From IMG/VR virus record IMGVR_UViG_3300023106_000012, positions 1-57,157 of that record: a DNA stretch of 57,157 nt. One strand, 5' to 3'. This DNA is from a virus. Positions 34,666-42,780 of the stretch are shown one piece after another; the first letter of the stretch is position 1, and each line of letters starts with the position of its first letter. The position numbers and the translations under genes were made by a program. The notes under the pieces were generated by a model. The model was not told the origin of the DNA. It did not search any database and was given only the letters and a program-made list of their open reading frames with translations.

Positions 34666-35574
34666 TTAGGTAATAGTTACAACCAAAGGCTCAACGCCCT
34701 CGTACATTATTTCAGCCTGGATAACAACGCCGTTTATAGAAACGGTATAGCCAGTGGCGAAAGCCGTGCCGTTTATAGTATACACACCGTTAGCGTCGGC
34801 GGCTACAAACGTAGTTGTTTGAGTTACGCCCGCGGCATTCTTAACAACAACGTTGGCCGCTACCAGGTTAGTAACGAGGTCGCTACCACAATCGGAGTAA
34901 GCTTTAAACTTAATAGACGTGGCCGTTGCGCTTATAAGCTCAAGCTCAACATCAAATATTCCCGGTATATCTGTATGCGTCCAACCTGGTTTTATAACAC
35001 ATGCGTTATCTTCGAGCTCGTTGTAATCTGCATACGTAAGCGTTACAACGGTTGTAGCCGGTTTGTCTGCAACCGACGCTTGCCTTATGCCGACGCCGAG
35101 CTTGCTAAGCAACTGGCCCTTTACGCCGCCGTTGTCTGTATTCACGCCTACAATTGAGCCGTCATTATTAAACTCAAAAATGCGGGTGTATACGCTGTTT
35201 GCATACGATTTTAATGCAGCATGTGAGCAAAATCCGAGGTAAGCCTCAAAGGTGCGTATTTTAACAGCCGGGGCGGTCTCGTAGGTAAATTTACCGGTCG
35301 AGTAGTTCGTTGCCTCGGTATTAGCGTTGGTAACTACATAGGCGTCGAAAAGAGGCACAATGTCCTTAACGGCAATAGCGTCTTTCCATTCGTCTTTATC
35401 CTCGAAAGCCTCGACGCTATCAAAAGCAAACTCGTCTTTAGCGACGGCCACCTTTTCCATTACGCCCTCGATACATTCCGGGCCTTTGTGGCCTGTATTT
35501 TTGGCCGGTTTAGTTGTTGACCCGCATAGCCTATTTACTATTAGCAAAATCAACGGTCTGTTAGTATTGTTCAT
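34666..35574 (-). CDS. major tail protein candidate with C-terminal Ig-like domain
   Basis: 302 aa. Position supports the call, and the C-terminal region is beta-rich (ELELISATATSIKFKAY ... TVSINGV). An internal start MEKVAVAKDEF is possible. Confidence 0.5.
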   Translation of the reverse strand: MNNTNRPLILLIVNRLCGSTTKPAKNTGHKGPECIEGVMEKVAVAKDEFAFDSVEAFEDKDEWKDAIAVKDIVPLFDAYVVTNANTEATNYSTGKFTYETAPAVKIRTFEAYLGFCSHAALKSYANSVYTRIFEFNNDGSIVGVNTDNGGVKGQLLSKLGVGIRQASVADKPATTVVTLTYADYNELEDNACVIKPGWTHTDIPGIFDVELELISATATSIKFKAYSDCGSDLVTNLVAANVVVKNAAGVTQTTTFVAADANGVYTINGTAFATGYTVSINGVVIQAEIMYEGVEPLVVTIT

Positions 35575-35585
35575 AAGAAAAATAA

Positions 35586-36134
35586 TTAATTATAACATGA
35601 AATTTGATACGATAATGTGCCATTGACACAAAAACAATGGTTTGGATGTACATCGGTAAATTTTATATCCTCGGTGTCAAATTCTCCGAGACTTTCTTTT
35701 ATACCGGTACCGATTGAGATAGGCAAAAACGAGCTTGTAGATTTTAAAGCGGTCATAACCTCCTCTTGAGCTTTGGCGTCGGCTCTCTCCGGTTGATTGG
35801 CGTAAATCTTAGCCAGGTTCAACATAAACACAATTTTACAATTAGCTTTATACATAACGCCCTCTTTAGTGGTTTGCTGATTAGCTACAACAAAAAACAC
35901 CTGGCCAAAATAATTGTCGTCCCTCATAACCTCCTTATACTCGTTGTTACCATAGTAAAGCATCGGTTTAAGTCCTGTTTTGCTTTCGGGCAACGGCACC
36001 TTTTCGGCACGTCCAAAAAGCTGAATATACTGCCAATCTAATTTTTTTGAAAGCAATATTTGCACCCTCTGTATAGCAGCATCAACGCCAACGGGATTTA
36101 AAAGAGTATAGTTATTACCTAATGTTAGAGCCAT
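35586..36134 (-). CDS. head-tail joining / tail terminator candidate
   Basis: 182 aa, between the capsid and tail-tube genes. Confidence 0.45.
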   Translation of the reverse strand: MALTLGNNYTLLNPVGVDAAIQRVQILLSKKLDWQYIQLFGRAEKVPLPESKTGLKPMLYYGNNEYKEVMRDDNYFGQVFFVVANQQTTKEGVMYKANCKIVFMLNLAKIYANQPERADAKAQEEVMTALKSTSSFLPISIGTGIKESLGEFDTEDIKFTDVHPNHCFCVNGTLSYQISCYN

Positions 36135-36684
36135 CGACTATATATTTAGAGGGAAAAATTGCTTTTTGTGCGTCTGTAATTGCTTTGCTAAGCTTATACT
36201 CCAGGCCGAAAGAAACCTTTTTGCCGTTATTGTCTGTATAGCCGTCGAGCTCAACCTTAGCGAGGCCGTACTTAACCCGGCGCTCGGTGGTGTTTGTCCT
36301 TATTGAAGTGGAAAACATTTTTAAAACGTTAACACACGTAACCAGGCCATAAACCTCGACAATCACGCCTAAATAATTAACAACGGTGCCCCCGTAATCC
36401 CTTGAGGGGATAAAACGGGGGCTACTGTTGAAAATTTTGTTTATTGTCTCAAGGGCTGCTTGCTCTTTGTAGCTATACAACTCGGCGTTTAGTTGGTCAT
36501 TTGTTAAGACCTCCCTGCCCGCGGTTTCAAATACATTCTCGGACGTTACCAATGGGTGAAACCCATTAAACCGGCGGCGGCTCGAGGTCGTTGCATTTGC
36601 TGCGCTTATTGAGAGCGCGGTGTTGAGAGGTATATCCCAACCCACGCTATCAATTAGTTGTTGTATGATTGCATCGTCAAACAT
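36115..36684 (-). CDS. head-tail connector candidate
   Basis: 189 aa, directly after the capsid gene. Confidence 0.45.
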   Translation of the reverse strand: MFDDAIIQQLIDSVGWDIPLNTALSISAANATTSSRRRFNGFHPLVTSENVFETAGREVLTNDQLNAELYSYKEQAALETINKIFNSSPRFIPSRDYGGTVVNYLGVIVEVYGLVTCVNVLKMFSTSIRTNTTERRVKYGLAKVELDGYTDNNGKKVSFGLEYKLSKAITDAQKAIFPSKYIVDGSNIR

Positions 36685-36690
36685 GCTCTT

Positions 36691-38274
36691 TTACAGGTTT
36701 ACGTTAACGGTAACGGTGTCGGCTGTTACCAGGCCGGCGCTATCGGTAACGGTTAGTTTAAAGACATAGGTACCTGCAACAAGGCCGGTAACGGTCGTTT
36801 GTAGAGCGTTAGGCGTTGTTATGGTTGCAGCGCCGCCGCTCAATTTACTCCAAACAGTTGAGGAGATAGTGTTATTTCCTCCAGGCGTGGCCTCACCCGC
36901 TAAGGCGGTATTGTTAACCGTAATAGCCTGGTCGTCTCCGGCTTCAACAATAGGTATCTCCAGGGCAAATTTAAGAGCCATTTCGTCCTCGTCGTTAAGC
37001 TCATTCACTTTCTTAACAAGTGTAGGGTCGGTAATGTTTGCGGCAACTTTTACACCAAGAGCTTTAAGTGCGTTAATTAGGCTTTGCCTGTTAACGTTAG
37101 TAGAGCCGTATATTGTAATCGTTGCGTCTCCCTCGGTTTGTATTGTTGCGGTGGTATCTTGTGCCTCCTCGCAATCCATGATATAAATATCACTCATGTC
37201 GACAACTGGGATAACCCTCGCTTGTGAGGTTGTGAACTCAAGAGGCGTGTCTCCTAATTTTTGGTATTTAGATACCAGGGTAAAAAGGCCAATTTTTTGA
37301 TAATCGACATTTTTGTTAGGGAAACGCTCGGCGGCAAGTTTACCGTAAACATAATCCCCAACGATGGTACCGGTAGTAAACACAACCGCGTTAGGCGTCC
37401 AACAAGTAAGCACAACGTCCTTGCCGTCTCTCTCGGCCGTAACGGTACGGTCTATAATTGAAATCCTGGCTCCATATTCCTCGCCACCTAAAAACTCATT
37501 GATAAGCGCCAAAGATGGGATTGGTAAATTAGTACCGGCCACAACCGAGCCCTGTAAGCCCGCTAAATATGTCCTAAGCTGTGTATTGCGTTTAAACTTA
37601 TTAAACGTCGCTGTGTCCATATAGATATTTGTGAGCCTATCACCTTTAGACCTGGCAAAGGTGTTAATACGCTCGATGTCGTCTACAACGGTAGCATCCG
37701 GGTTACTCCATGGGATAGCGGCACCAAATTTATGGTCCTCCGGGTGCATAAGGTCGACACGGTACTCAATACCGATATTGGTAAGGCGGTTGCCGTTCTC
37801 GTCCTCGGTTTCATTAGCAACGCTGAATACACCCGAAGAAAGACCCTGTAAAAATTGGTACTCAATACGCTCCTCGACACCTATAACCACGGCTGTAGTA
37901 TCTTCAAAAAGTATTTTTGCAATCTCAACCGAGTTGTCTCCGCTTGGGTCGGCCTCCAAAATCATTATGTCAGTCATTTGGGTCTCATTAAGAGAGCGCT
38001 TTGTTGCAATCTTAGGCACGTCGCCCTCTGCCCTCGAGATAGACCCACGTTTTTTAAGTGGGAAAGGGCTGTCTAAGGACACAACGTCGGCCATTATCGC
38101 ACGGCCTTTAACGGTTAACGTATTCCATTTAAGGGTTGCCGAAAACTTTGGCCTTAGCATTTCCCTGTATAGGTACGTATTTGGTAACTTCTTATCGTTA
38201 ATTAGGTTGGTAAGCCTTAAGGCAACACCACCAAAGTAACGCGTTACAAATCTTTGAAATAAACTCTTTTCCAT
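36691..38274 (-). CDS. major capsid protein (lambda gpE-like, tentative) with C-terminal PKD/Ig-like domain
   Basis: 527 aa. Position after the scaffold and decoration genes fits. The C-terminal ~85 aa carry WSKLSGGAATITTPNALQTTVTGLVAGTYVFKLTVTDSAGLVTADTVTVNV. Confidence 0.7.
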   Translation of the reverse strand: MEKSLFQRFVTRYFGGVALRLTNLINDKKLPNTYLYREMLRPKFSATLKWNTLTVKGRAIMADVVSLDSPFPLKKRGSISRAEGDVPKIATKRSLNETQMTDIMILEADPSGDNSVEIAKILFEDTTAVVIGVEERIEYQFLQGLSSGVFSVANETEDENGNRLTNIGIEYRVDLMHPEDHKFGAAIPWSNPDATVVDDIERINTFARSKGDRLTNIYMDTATFNKFKRNTQLRTYLAGLQGSVVAGTNLPIPSLALINEFLGGEEYGARISIIDRTVTAERDGKDVVLTCWTPNAVVFTTGTIVGDYVYGKLAAERFPNKNVDYQKIGLFTLVSKYQKLGDTPLEFTTSQARVIPVVDMSDIYIMDCEEAQDTTATIQTEGDATITIYGSTNVNRQSLINALKALGVKVAANITDPTLVKKVNELNDEDEMALKFALEIPIVEAGDDQAITVNNTALAGEATPGGNNTISSTVWSKLSGGAATITTPNALQTTVTGLVAGTYVFKLTVTDSAGLVTADTVTVNVNL

Positions 38275-38295
38275 CTGTAAAGAAAATTTTAGTTG

Positions 38296-38721
38296 TTAGT
38301 CTTTTGTAAACCTGATAAGCGGCAAATTGGTTTTGGCGCCCGCCGGGGTTATCAATCCCGTCGAGTTTTTAAACGCCTCGTCGTTCATAGAGCCGCGCAC
38401 CATGATAGCAACAAAAGGTTTTTCTTTTAGCACGGTAGCAACCACGATACCCTTGTAAGTGTGGTTTGCCGGTAAAGCGACATAAGCGCCGTTAACATCC
38501 ACACCAAGAGCTTTGCAAAGACCTGTAGCAGTCTCCTCAATTACAACATGGCCGGAGCTAATGACGTCTCCACTTAATACGGCCGACGTGTCAATTGTTT
38601 TGCCTCCTGGTATTTTCTCGATACAATCAACGATAATTATACTATCGTTTGAGGTATCGACTTGCTCCTGTTTTGTAGTGTTTATCAGGGCTAAAATTAG
38701 AATGTTTTTAAAACTTTTCAT
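38296..38721 (-). CDS. head decoration protein candidate
   Basis: 141 aa, between the scaffold and capsid genes (the gpD position). Confidence 0.4.
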   Translation of the reverse strand: MKSFKNILILALINTTKQEQVDTSNDSIIIVDCIEKIPGGKTIDTSAVLSGDVISSGHVVIEETATGLCKALGVDVNGAYVALPANHTYKGIVVATVLKEKPFVAIMVRGSMNDEAFKNSTGLITPAGAKTNLPLIRFTKD

Positions 38722-38739
38722 TTTATACTATTTTTAAAA

Positions 38740-39384
38740 TTAAATACCTATAACAGCGTCGAGCTCGTCGTTACTTGGTTTATCAGTTGAGAAACCTGTT
38801 TGCGGCTTACCGGCATAACCAAAGCTATTTTTAAGATTTTGCTCGGTTTCGGTATGCTCGTCCTCGAAAGCTTTTAATTGCTCCTCGAAAGGCGTTTCGC
38901 TCTCCAGGTTAAAGCGGGATAACCACGCTTTTTTAAGATTGTCCGGCAACACTTTTGACCCGGTTAGCAGCGCGGCTGCGGCCGCCTGTTTTTGTGCGGT
39001 CGTTTGGCCTACTGTAAAAGTGTCAAGCTTTTTCTCCATTAGCTCCAGTTTTTCCCTAAGAGCTTTCTCTCTTGGAGTTTCGTCGGCCGGTGGCGTTGGA
39101 GGCGTGGCCGGTGTCGGCGGTTCCGGTGTGTTTGGGTCAAAGCCGTATTTCTTAGCCAGGTTAGCCGTATTTGTTTTAACTGCTTGTGTCCTGGCCTGGT
39201 CAAGGGCTTTAACGATTTCCGGGTTGTTAAGGTCGATGGTTGTAGGTTGCAAGGCAACAAAATCGTTGATAGCCCCCTCAATATCCTCCTCTTTCTCAAC
39301 TACAATAAACTTTTCTGCAAGTCCCTCGTTTAGCCCTTTATTTTTAAGTGCCAGTTGGAGTGCCTTTTTTAATTTCTCATTCAT
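38740..39384 (-). CDS. scaffolding protein candidate
   Basis: 214 aa, helical and acidic with a Pro-rich linker (PEPPTPATPPTPP). First gene after the promoter at 39419. Confidence 0.55.
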   Translation of the reverse strand: MNEKLKKALQLALKNKGLNEGLAEKFIVVEKEEDIEGAINDFVALQPTTIDLNNPEIVKALDQARTQAVKTNTANLAKKYGFDPNTPEPPTPATPPTPPADETPREKALREKLELMEKKLDTFTVGQTTAQKQAAAAALLTGSKVLPDNLKKAWLSRFNLESETPFEEQLKAFEDEHTETEQNLKNSFGYAGKPQTGFSTDKPSNDELDAVIGI

Positions 39385-39418
39385 GTCGTAAGTATTTAAA
39401 AATTAATGTTAATTAGGG

Positions 39419-39426
39419 CAAAGCTA
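39419..39426 (-). promoter_or_regulatory. -7 box TAGCTTTG followed by CCC (structural operon promoter)
   Basis: After terminator 39459..39495, and 34 nt upstream of the scaffold ATG. I saw no further promoter box or terminator until 23003. Confidence 0.55.
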
Positions 39427-39458
39427 TAAATAAAATTGATATGTTGTTAATAAGACAC

Positions 39459-39495
39459 AAAAAAGCCCGCCTCTCTGTGTTACCAGGGGCGGGCT
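39459..39495 (-). terminator. intrinsic terminator, end of the island
   Basis: AGCCCGCC-16 nt loop-GGCGGGCT followed by a T6 run. Confidence 0.65.
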
Positions 39496-39533
39496 CCTTA
39501 CTATGCGACTTTTTGATAAGCCAAATATACAAA

Positions 39534-40616
39534 TTATTTTAAATCCTCGAGGCTAACCAACAATTTTACCTTGCCTCGTGTACCGAGTAGCTTTGCAATT
39601 GCCTTGGGTCTACTAATACCATGCGAAAAAGATAACTCCATAATAAGAGCCTCGTGCTCGAGTATGTCCTTGCAACTTATATATGTAGAAAGCTCAAGTA
39701 TTTCGTCCAGGCTCAAGGGGCTATTGTTTAAAATAATACATACACGCTCCTCTGCATGGTCTATATCAATATTTTCGGCTTCAAATTTAGCTTTCAAAAA
39801 TTCAGCTTTTCCGGCATCCCATCCTTGCCAAACATTCGGCATTTTTCGAGCCTCGTCATTTGAGCCATGATAACGATGTGAGGCTAAGTTTATAATCTCC
39901 TCCATTTGAGCCTTTAAATTTAATACAGACTTATCATTTGCAAAAGAAATTAAAGCCTCCTCGTTTTCATAAACCGGCATAACGCCCAGGTCTCTCATTA
40001 TCTCGTCGAGAGTTTCGAGTTTTAAATCGGTTTTGCTTAATACTCTTTTTATGAAAGATACAGACGTTTGAGCATCGACACCTTGCTCAACCATTTTTTT
40101 AACAAGAGCCGTAATATCTATGCGCTTTACCTTTATACCTAAATTATCAAAATTACCCTTGTTTTTAAGAATATTCTCGATGTCCTCTTTTGTAAATTTT
40201 GGAGGAAACGTTAAATCGAAAGTCCCTCTATTTTTTTCATTATCGATTTTCTTAATGTGCTTTTTAGTTTTACTATCACACATTGCATCATGTGCCATGA
40301 GCTCTCTCATGGTTTCAAGATACCTCTCATTTAGCTGCTTTACATGAGCCCGATAATGTAATATTGTGAAGTGCTGAAACAAACCGGAGATAATGACAAA
40401 AAATAAAAAAGTGCCCATAGTCCTCCATGCTGTAATTGGCTCAAACCAAATAAAGCTTGCCGGCGTCAAGACTAAAAGAAAGGTAAAGAAAATAAACAAT
40501 GTGGTTAAGTTTTCGCCGTATGAGTACGAGCGAGCAAATGTGCGTTTAAAGTTGCGCTTGGCACGGCGAGCCGTTGCCTGTAATTCCGAACCGGTAAGAC
40601 AAAAATTGTTTTTCAT
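39534..40616 (-). CDS. two-TM membrane protein with a large cytoplasmic domain, function unknown
   Basis: 360 aa. Basic N-terminus, TM segments LTTLFIFFTFLLVLTPASFIW and GTFLFFVIISGLFQHF, then about 270 aa that are helical and soluble. Confidence 0.7.
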   Translation of the reverse strand: MKNNFCLTGSELQATARRAKRNFKRTFARSYSYGENLTTLFIFFTFLLVLTPASFIWFEPITAWRTMGTFLFFVIISGLFQHFTILHYRAHVKQLNERYLETMRELMAHDAMCDSKTKKHIKKIDNEKNRGTFDLTFPPKFTKEDIENILKNKGNFDNLGIKVKRIDITALVKKMVEQGVDAQTSVSFIKRVLSKTDLKLETLDEIMRDLGVMPVYENEEALISFANDKSVLNLKAQMEEIINLASHRYHGSNDEARKMPNVWQGWDAGKAEFLKAKFEAENIDIDHAEERVCIILNNSPLSLDEILELSTYISCKDILEHEALIMELSFSHGISRPKAIAKLLGTRGKVKLLVSLEDLK

Positions 40617-40627
40617 TGTAAATAATA

Positions 40628-40876
40628 TTAATGGTTAAAATTTATTTTTTGTTTTTTAAAAATAGGGTTTTTCTCTCCTATGGTAATCGTCCCGATTTTG
40701 ATATACAGATTGTAAAACCTTTCGGGGAAAACTTCATATTGCCAGGCTTTTTTTTGTCTCGACCACCATTTATAAACAATGATTGTCTCGCCGTCGGCCT
40801 GGAGCTCCTTTATGGTGTGGCAAAGGGTTCCTTTATTGTAGAACCTGACCGGCTTAGTTGATTTCTTGAGGGTCAT
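40628..40876 (-). CDS. hypothetical protein
   Basis: 82 aa ORF. Confidence 0.55.
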   Translation of the reverse strand: MTLKKSTKPVRFYNKGTLCHTIKELQADGETIIVYKWWSRQKKAWQYEVFPERFYNLYIKIGTITIGEKNPIFKKQKINFNH

Positions 40877-41126
40877 TTACCTCTATAAAATCAGCTTTTT
40901 TTAATTTCGCCAATCGTTCACAAACTCTCTCATATAATTCTTGGAGCTCCTTATTTCTAAAACCCTGGTCATTGATAACGCCAACCAAATCCTCTATTAG
41001 AGTATAAGGAGCGGCGCCGTGCATCATTGCCTCAACGACCTTGTTAGCGTAAACATCCTCATTGATACGGTCGATAAAATTATCGGTAAATAAAGCCGAT
41101 ACCTCTTTTTTTGTTTTTAAGTCCAT
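40854..41126 (-). CDS. hypothetical protein
   Basis: 90 aa from ATG 41126 (MDLKTKKEV; ORF track 41150). Confidence 0.55.
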   Translation of the reverse strand: MDLKTKKEVSALFTDNFIDRINEDVYANKVVEAMMHGAAPYTLIEDLVGVINDQGFRNKELQELYERVCERLAKLKKADFIEVNDPQEIN

Positions 41127-41137
41127 AGTATATAATT

Positions 41138-41377
41138 TTAGTTGTAACAAATTCTTAGCACAATACCGTCGTCGATTGGGTTTTGCATATAAAAAAGATA
41201 CCGTTGGTAAGGGATGCCGCCTATTTTATGCACATAAGAGGTCGCTCCTCGGTATTTTAGCAGCTCAATCGTGTTGTGGTGTAAAGGCAGTAATTTAAAT
41301 CTCTCAAACGGGCTAAACTCCCGGAGAAAATCCCCGTGCAATAGGGCATGTATGTCGATATATTTTATTTTATCCAT
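41138..41377 (-). CDS. hypothetical protein
   Basis: 79 aa ORF. Confidence 0.55.
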   Translation of the reverse strand: MDKIKYIDIHALLHGDFLREFSPFERFKLLPLHHNTIELLKYRGATSYVHKIGGIPYQRYLFYMQNPIDDGIVLRICYN

Positions 41378-42498
41378 TATTTAAAAGGCTCACAGCTATT
41401 TTGCCCACATTCAAAATCCTCTCTATCAAACTCCTCGAAATCTGCAATATCACTATCGAGCTTAATAGCAATTTTTGCAGCTTCTCCAGGCTCAACGCCC
41501 CTCTCTATCAAACTCCTCATTTTTTCCACAACATCAAAGTCAAGTGTTCCTTGTACTGCCATATTAATACGGTCGTCAGTTGCAAATTGAGTAAAGCCCT
41601 TTGACCTTTTTAAAATATCGACGGCGCTAATGTTTTCTCTAAAAAATGTAATAGGTAAAGAAATCTCAACACCTTTTTTCATCATTGCGTCAATCCTATG
41701 TTGTGGAATAAAATAACCATATTCTTTCTCCATTTCAATAGGAAAATCATAAGCATCAGGAGTATTAGACGCTATTGTAAGATGCTTTCTAAGGCTTTTT
41801 TTCCAACACCAACGACAATTTCCCTCATAACCTTTTAACGTTAACCTGAAAGGTCTTAAATCCCAGGATTGATTAACGTGTTGCTTTGTTATTTTCCAAT
41901 TATACATTGGATAAAACTTTGACCCAATACGTTCGGGCTCGTCATACCTGATACCAATAGCTGTATGATAATCAAAAAGTCCTATTGTTTTTAAATAATG
42001 CTCCATTGGCCTCGTTTTTAAATCTCGAGTGCAATGAGGATTTGGTTTGTTGGGTATTCCGTGCTTAGCAATTATCCCTCTAAATGGTTGGCCATGTCGC
42101 GAGGCGGTTTCAAAATTAACAACCCTATGCCTTGGGCCAATTTTGAAATAAGGTAAATTATTTAAATAGATTTGAGCTTTTTCGGCTCCAATTTTCTTTT
42201 TAAGCTTTCTCGTAATTCTTATCCATTGCAAGGCATCAAAAATGTGTTTTTTACCATTTACTACTTTACCAATGTTAATAATAGCCTCAATCCAAATTAT
42301 AGGTATTTTATAATAATCCTCTATTTGCTTTACAAAAATTAAAGTCCTTTCGTCCTCTTGACCAGTATTGGCAAATAAAACTATTATTTTTCTTTTTCCC
42401 GCATATTCATTGCAAAGCCTTATCAGCATATCCCCCGAAGTTTCACCCCCTGAAAAACTAATAAATAAGGGTTTATTATCCTCGTCAATTGTATACAT
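41377..42498 (-). CDS. PAPS-reductase/DndC-clan PP-loop ATP pyrophosphatase
   Basis: 373 aa. PP-loop FSGGETSGDM, CTRDLKTRP, GNCRWCWKKS, and a C-terminal FECGQNSCEPF (compare the CysH ECGLH). Confidence 0.8.
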   Translation of the reverse strand: MYTIDEDNKPLFISFSGGETSGDMLIRLCNEYAGKRKIIVLFANTGQEDERTLIFVKQIEDYYKIPIIWIEAIINIGKVVNGKKHIFDALQWIRITRKLKKKIGAEKAQIYLNNLPYFKIGPRHRVVNFETASRHGQPFRGIIAKHGIPNKPNPHCTRDLKTRPMEHYLKTIGLFDYHTAIGIRYDEPERIGSKFYPMYNWKITKQHVNQSWDLRPFRLTLKGYEGNCRWCWKKSLRKHLTIASNTPDAYDFPIEMEKEYGYFIPQHRIDAMMKKGVEISLPITFFRENISAVDILKRSKGFTQFATDDRINMAVQGTLDFDVVEKMRSLIERGVEPGEAAKIAIKLDSDIADFEEFDREDFECGQNSCEPFK

Positions 42499-42502
42499 AA
42501 TT

Positions 42503-42667
42503 TTATAATAATTTAACTCTATGTTTTGGGCAAAGAGTTGAGTGATTTGAAATTCTATTTGTAATTTTTAAGAATATAGGCCCTCTTACCCATTGCCTTG
42601 AAGTATAACTACAGCCGTTTACGGTACAAAAAACGGTTTTTTTGTGACCATGATGTCGATTAGCCAT
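42503..42667 (-). CDS. small Cys/His protein (below the ORF-track cutoff)
   Basis: Hand-translated 54 aa: MANRHHGHKKTVFCTVNGCSYTSRQWVRGPIFLKITNRISNHSTLCPKHRVKLL. Confidence 0.4.
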   Translation of the reverse strand: MANRHHGHKKTVFCTVNGCSYTSRQWVRGPIFLKITNRISNHSTLCPKHRVKLL

Positions 42668-42697
42668 ATTGTGTGATTATTAATTTTCCACGTTAAT

Positions 42698-42730
42698 AAA
42701 AAAAGCCTGTAACGTCAATGCGTTACAGGC
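42698..42730 (-). terminator. intrinsic terminator placed immediately downstream of promoter C
   Basis: GCCTGTAACG-cattga-CGTTACAGGC followed by a T7 run. The 5' arm begins 1 nt after the -7 box. Confidence 0.7.
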
Positions 42731-42731
42731 A

Positions 42732-42776
42732 CAAATATAATAATTATATTATAACAACAAATACTTTTATAATGTT
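42732..42776 (-). promoter_or_regulatory. conserved early-type promoter (member C) embedded in the head module
   Basis: Minus strand: ATTATAAAAGTATTTG-N18-TATATTTG. -7 box at 42732..42739 and -33 at 42758..42761. The spacer TATAATATAATTAT is identical to member A. Confidence 0.75.
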
Positions 42777-42780
42777 TTTT

